From a virus (lineage: Duplodnaviria; Caudoviricetes), in the IMG/VR virus record IMGVR_UViG_3300032129_000025, positions 1 through 39,448 of that record: 39,448 nt of DNA; one strand, given 5' to 3'. Positions within the stretch are counted from its first letter, which is position 1, and the number at the start of each line of letters is the position of its first letter. The translations under genes were made by a program, and so were the position numbers. The notes beneath the pieces are model-generated. The model saw nothing but the letters and a program-made list of their open reading frames with translations. It had not been told where the DNA came from and ran no database searches. Below are positions 35,837 to 39,448 of this stretch, piece by piece.

Positions 35837-35950
35837 TTAGGTGAGTTTCGCGACGCGACACTGAGGGCACCACCAGTAGGGGTGCCCCACCGTGCCGGCG
35901 ACTTCGAGGGGTGTGAGGCAGTAGGCGCAGTTGGGCGGTTCGTCATCCAT
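35837..35950 (-). CDS. Small zinc-finger protein (37 aa)
   Basis: CAYC...WCPQC; TAGACT -10 box 7 nt upstream of ATG (leaderless). Confidence 0.6.
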   Translation of the reverse strand: MDDEPPNCAYCLTPLEVAGTVGHPYWWCPQCRVAKLT

Positions 35951-35960
35951 GCGGGGGAGT

Positions 35961-36176
35961 CTATTGCTTGAACGCTTCCGCTTGGCCGGCGAGGTCAAAC
36001 TCTGCTGCCTGCCAGAGAGCAATCGAGATTAGCGCACCAACGGTTTCTCGCGTTGTCGCGGAGTCGTTGTAAGTCTCGGGATGTTCGAGGTAGTAGGCCG
36101 CGTTGGATAGGTTGTTCGAGACGCGGTTGAGTTGTGAGATGGTTTCGGCTGTTGTCGGCTGAATTGTGGTGGTCAT
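35961..36176 (-). CDS. Hypothetical protein (71 aa)
   Basis: GAAAGGAA RBS before MTTTIQP. Confidence 0.6.
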   Translation of the reverse strand: MTTTIQPTTAETISQLNRVSNNLSNAAYYLEHPETYNDSATTRETVGALISIALWQAAEFDLAGQAEAFKQ

Positions 36177-36269
36177 GATGTTCCTTTCGGTTATGCGGCA
36201 CGAGGCCCTTTTGTCGTTTGAGTTCGCTTTATGCGTAAGTGATTTCAAGCCCCGGCACCTCGTGTACGC

Positions 36270-37148
36270 CTACGCGGCGTGTTCGAATGCGGGGAAGTGT
36301 GGGGAAACTACGGGCCGCATGCTTGTTCCGGCTGCTGCTGCGCGGACTTCATCGAGGCCGACGTGGAGGTAGCGCTGGGTGGTTGCGAGCGATGCGTGGC
36401 CGAGGAGCTCTTGAACGGCTCGGAGGTCGTGGGTTGCGCGGTAGGCAGCTGTTGCGCCCGCGTGCCTGAGCGAGTGGGGGTTCCATCCTGTTCGCCTCGT
36501 CATGATCTTGTTCACTGATTGTGGATGCAGGTGGCTTCCGTAGCGACCAGGGAAGTAGTATCCACCGCCCAGCTCGCGCTCCAGACGCAGCAGTACAGGC
36601 ATGAGGTCTTGATGAATTGGAACCATGCGCTGCTTGTTCCCCTTGCCCGTGACGCGCAGGAGGTCGTGTTCACGATGCTTCATGTGCAGGGTACTCAGTT
36701 CCGTTAGGCGAAGGCAGGCGAGTCGACCGAGGAGAATCATGCCGGTTTCGCTCTCGGTGGCGCTGATGAGTGAGAGCTGGATTTGGTCGTCAGGTGCGAG
36801 CCGGGGGATTAGTCGAGGGATGCGGATGGGGTCGAGGTGGATGGTGGGGTCTTTGCTTATGTGTTCGTTACGTAGTGCCCACCGGTAGAACTTGCACAGT
36901 GATGAGCGCACGGATTTTCGGGTTTCTGCGGAATGGTCTTTGATGCGTGCAAGGTGGGCTTGCACGTCGACGCCGGTTGCTGAGAGCAGGTCTGGGTTGT
37001 CTCTTTGGAATCGACGGATGTGGTGGATGCGAAGCTTGATCGTGGACTCTGCAAGTCCTGCGGCGATCATCGCGTTGGTATAGAAGTGCAGCATTTTGTC
37101 GCCTTTGAATTGGTGTAAGGCGACGATCTCAGAGCGGTGGCTTTTCAT
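36270..37148 (-). CDS. int: Tyrosine integrase lacking an arm-binding domain, C-terminal -AA tag
   Basis: R (CLRLTE), K (GKGNK), HSLRH, LLGH, Y (TTQRY); ends FEHAA; start may be 37094. Confidence 0.93.
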   Translation of the reverse strand: MKSHRSEIVALHQFKGDKMLHFYTNAMIAAGLAESTIKLRIHHIRRFQRDNPDLLSATGVDVQAHLARIKDHSAETRKSVRSSLCKFYRWALRNEHISKDPTIHLDPIRIPRLIPRLAPDDQIQLSLISATESETGMILLGRLACLRLTELSTLHMKHREHDLLRVTGKGNKQRMVPIHQDLMPVLLRLERELGGGYYFPGRYGSHLHPQSVNKIMTRRTGWNPHSLRHAGATAAYRATHDLRAVQELLGHASLATTQRYLHVGLDEVRAAAAGTSMRPVVSPHFPAFEHAA

Positions 37149-37207
37149 CTATACCGAGTTCTGGGGCTTATGTGACCGGTGAGCGTGTGTGAGGAAAGGG
37201 GAGGGTG

Positions 37208-37618
37208 TTATCCAGCAATTTCGGTTGCGACGCGGGCGTTCTTGCGTTCCCGTGCGGCTCCGAGGTCTGCAATCTCCCGTATTTCCGGGGCAGGCATCGA
37301 ACCGGTAGGTTCTTGGTTCGAGTCCAAGTCGAGGAGCGATGATCCCCCTGGCCCTTTCGGCTGGGGGGTCTCGTATTTAAAGAAGTCTGGAATGCTCACG
37401 TCGAGCAGTGTCGCCAGCTTTGCGAGGTCGTCAACGTCGAGCGCGATCTCCCCGCTGACGCGCCGCTGCCAGTACCCGCGCGACTCTTCGCTCTTCAGGT
37501 ACTCACTGAGTTTGTATGTGGGGATGCGCTTCTTGGCGAGGTGCCCGCGAATCTCTGCCGCCACGAGTGCACGGTCACTTGATTCGTCTACCTCTGGAAG
37601 ATGGGCTAGTTTTCTCAT
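37208..37618 (-). CDS. Immunity repressor (XRE-like HTH) containing attP
   Basis: VAAEIRGHLA...RRVSGEIALDVDDLAKLATLLDV; divergent from Cro; tRNA-derived LDSNQEP segment. Confidence 0.85.
   Translation of the reverse strand: MRKLAHLPEVDESSDRALVAAEIRGHLAKKRIPTYKLSEYLKSEESRGYWQRRVSGEIALDVDDLAKLATLLDVSIPDFFKYETPQPKGPGGSSLLDLDSNQEPTGSMPAPEIREIADLGAARERKNARVATEIAG
37300..37337 (+). other. attP common core = 3' half of tRNA-Asn(GTT)
   Basis: AACCGGTAGGTT-CTTGG-TTCGAGT-CCAAG-TCGAGGAGC: anticodon 3' stem, T arm and acceptor strand; Asn identity is from recalled actinobacterial tRNA sequences. Confidence 0.85.
37344..37367 (+). terminator. Hairpin downstream of attP core (replacement tRNA terminator)
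   Basis: CCCCTGGCC-CTTTC-GGCTGGGGG directly 3' of the tRNA half. Confidence 0.5.
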
Positions 37619-37619
37619 G

Positions 37620-37742
37620 CGCTGAGCGTATCACTTATGCGAGTTATTCGCACGCTAAACGCGAGATTGCCTGTGTTCGTGGGAGAAATTACACGACACG
37701 CGGGTACTGGCGGTTTGCATTTGCCCGCTGAGCGTGTAACTT
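37620..37742. promoter_or_regulatory. Divergent leaderless promoters with CGCTNAGCG operators
   Basis: Prep: TG-A-TACGCT (37633-37625, -), 6 nt from ATG; Pcro: TTTGCA-N17-TAACTT (37714-37742), 7 nt from ATG 37750; CGCTGAGCG at 37620-37628 and 37726-37734, degenerate CGCTAAACG at 37653-37661. Confidence 0.7.
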
Positions 37743-37749
37743 GACCTTC

Positions 37750-38025
37750 ATGGAGATCAACACCAACGTAGCTGACACGGTGCGAGCCGAGATGGCGCGT
37801 AGCAGAGTCACCCAAGGGAAACTCGCTCAGCAACTTCACCTCTCGCAAGCCGCTGTCTCTCGCCGCCTCAAGGGTGAAGTCGCCTTCAATGCGGATGAGC
37901 TGATTGTCACGGCTCGCATCGTCGGCGTCCCTGTCGGCGCATTCTTCGAGTCCACCCCTGTCGATTCAGCATCCCCCCATGCTGGCTCGGCGGGGGTTTC
38001 TTTTCGTGAGGACGGTGCAGCGTGA
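37750..38025 (+). CDS. Cro-like HTH protein (BetR/XRE-type)
   Basis: VRAEMAR..VTQGKLAQQLHLSQAAVSRRLKGEVAF. Confidence 0.88.
   Translation: MEINTNVADTVRAEMARSRVTQGKLAQQLHLSQAAVSRRLKGEVAFNADELIVTARIVGVPVGAFFESTPVDSASPHAGSAGVSFREDGAA
37954..38004 (+). terminator. Intrinsic terminator-like hairpin within the 3' end of cro
   Basis: ACCCCTGTCGA-TT-CAGCAT-C6-ATGCTG-GC-TCGGCGGGGGT-TTCTTTT. Confidence 0.65.
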
Positions 38026-38792
38026 GCCTCGTCGCGGTCCTCCCTGAACTTACCCCCGAAGGTGCTGAACGACTCTCGGAGCGGATCAGTGGTCGCCTCG
38101 AAACGATCGCGACGAACTATGTCGCGGTGATGCCCCTCATCCGTGAGGCCATCAGCCGGAATGCTCACGAGGTTCTCGGCTACCCGAGTCCTGGCGCGTA
38201 CATCAAAGACCGGTTCGGCACGTCGCTGGCACAGCTTGGTGCTGAGCTGCGGCGCGAGGTCGTCAAAGAACTGTCGAGCGCTGGCCTGAGCACGAGGGCA
38301 ATTGCCCCAGTCGTCGGCGTCGATCAGAAGACAGTCGTCCGTGACATTGCACGTGAGGCACATGCCTCACCTGTTGCAGATGTAACACCTCCAGATGTTC
38401 CCGATCTCCCCGCCAACCCCCAGACGGGTGAGGTCTACGAGGCCGGTGACACGTCCCCCCAGATGATCACTGAAACACACACGGTGAAGACCGTCACCGG
38501 CCTCGACGGCAAGGAATACAAGACCGCGCCGAAAGCACCGAAGCCGATTCTGGTCGGTGACGCCGCCGCAAAGGATGCCGCCGAGCAAATGGCAATCCAT
38601 TTCGGGCGCGCCCTAGTCAACCTGTCCGGACTGATGACCTCCGCCCGCCGCGCTGTCGTCGTCGAGGACTGGCCCCTTGGACGGGAAGCGGCAACACCTG
38701 ACGCGCAAGAACTCGCGTCCCCTGAAATGTTCCGCGCCATAGCAGTGGCACTCGACCAACTGGCAGACGAATGGGAGAAAAAGAATGTCTGA
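38022..38792 (+). CDS. HTH DNA-binding protein
   Basis: GLSTRAIAPVVGVDQKTVVRDI; TVTGLDGKEY. Confidence 0.75.
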   Translation: MSLVAVLPELTPEGAERLSERISGRLETIATNYVAVMPLIREAISRNAHEVLGYPSPGAYIKDRFGTSLAQLGAELRREVVKELSSAGLSTRAIAPVVGVDQKTVVRDIAREAHASPVADVTPPDVPDLPANPQTGEVYEAGDTSPQMITETHTVKTVTGLDGKEYKTAPKAPKPILVGDAAAKDAAEQMAIHFGRALVNLSGLMTSARRAVVVEDWPLGREAATPDAQELASPEMFRAIAVALDQLADEWEKKNV

Positions 38793-39297
38793 CAACGAAT
38801 GGGTGGACACCATCACCCGCATCTATCGGGAGGCGCTCGCGGAGGCAGGTCCCGAAGGGGCTGACCGGCAAGAGGTTCTGATGGTCGCCGCTGCGCGTGT
38901 GGCGATGGAAGTTCGCTCCGGGCGGCTGGCGTACACGATTGACAGTTTCATCCAGTCCGAACTAATCAAGGTCGACGAGTCGGACGGGAAGAAAGCCGAC
39001 ACGATCATTCGTGCTGCGGCGATCGGGCAGGCTTCTTTCGACTTGTCGGATGCCGTGCTCGATGTGGTGGTGACGCTCGGCAATGGGCGTCGCAAGTCGT
39101 GGCGTGATGTGAACAGCGACGACCTCGTGGCGATGAATGAAGTTCGCTACCGGAACTACAAGGCGGTTCGGGATTCATATCAGGACTGGTTCAAGTCCTA
39201 CCGGGCGATCGCCCCGGTGCTGCTCCAGTACAAGACGTTCGGTGCGGCTGTTGCTGCTGGCGGGTTCCCGCCGAAGCGCGCATCCGCCGCGGCCTGA
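38785..39297 (+). CDS. Hypothetical protein
   Basis: GGGAG RBS, 8-bp overlap with upstream gene. Confidence 0.7.
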   Translation: MSDNEWVDTITRIYREALAEAGPEGADRQEVLMVAAARVAMEVRSGRLAYTIDSFIQSELIKVDESDGKKADTIIRAAAIGQASFDLSDAVLDVVVTLGNGRRKSWRDVNSDDLVAMNEVRYRNYKAVRDSYQDWFKSYRAIAPVLLQYKTFGAAVAAGGFPPKRASAAA

Positions 39298-39448
39298 TCT
39301 TCACCCGAGGTCGATCAGTCCACCAAAAGACGAATGGCCCGGTAGCAGCCGGACCATTCAGAAACGAAAGAGAGAACATGTTTCACACACAAAATAGCAT
39401 GCTTCGCCGGGTGGCCGCTGTAGCGGTCGCTGGCGTGGCGGGTGTCGG

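Larger units (their letters stand above)
1..39448. mobile_element. Complete temperate actinobacteriophage (siphovirus) genome, circularly permuted, with intact attP
   Basis: Terminase-portal-protease-capsid-tail-lysis synteny, integrase/repressor/Cro cassette, identical ends, no host genes. Confidence 0.95.

Noticed and set aside
37300-37337. Functional tRNA gene
   Set aside because: Only the 3' half is present, with no D arm or 5' acceptor strand; interpreted as attP.
39322-39448. Terminal repeat as a biological direct terminal repeat
   Set aside because: Exactly 127 bp, typical of assembler overlap, and it cuts through an early gene; the likely physical ends are near terS (16748-16892).

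Overview
The window is a complete, circularly permuted genome of a temperate siphovirus of high-GC Actinobacteria, probably Microbacteriaceae (inferred). It has 39,321 unique bp; the first 127 bp recur at the end, which looks like assembly overlap. Early/replication arm (37750-39297, continuing 57-14936, + strand): Cro-like gene, a sortase-anchored surface protein, SMC-like ATPase, Dam-type methylase, ParB-like protein, HNH, replication initiator with internal iterons, MazG-like protein, SSB, FtsK-gamma protein and many small genes. Late arm: structured leader, HNH/terminase, head, tail and lysis genes (15328-35763). Leftward integrase-repressor cassette: 35837-37618. Main observations: (1) attP is the 3' half of a tRNA-Asn lying inside the repressor gene, and integration is predicted to create a TAA that removes a 30-aa tail (integration-dependent immunity); (2) four consecutive small genes each end in a conserved 17-bp quasi-palindromic junction motif, like a cassette array; (3) a strand-polarised GCGCTCGCGG motif often sits where base composition flips from AC-rich to GT-rich; (4) a NUMOD4-HNH gene has split the holin 5' end and is followed by a recoded replacement copy; (5) a long ORF fully overlaps the replication initiator; (6) a 7-blade propeller is inserted in a tail hub protein; (7) an antisense leaderless lipoprotein moron sits in the head-tail genes; (8) the endolysin has Asp where a catalytic His is expected. 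All product calls come from motifs and synteny read by eye; no database searches were run.
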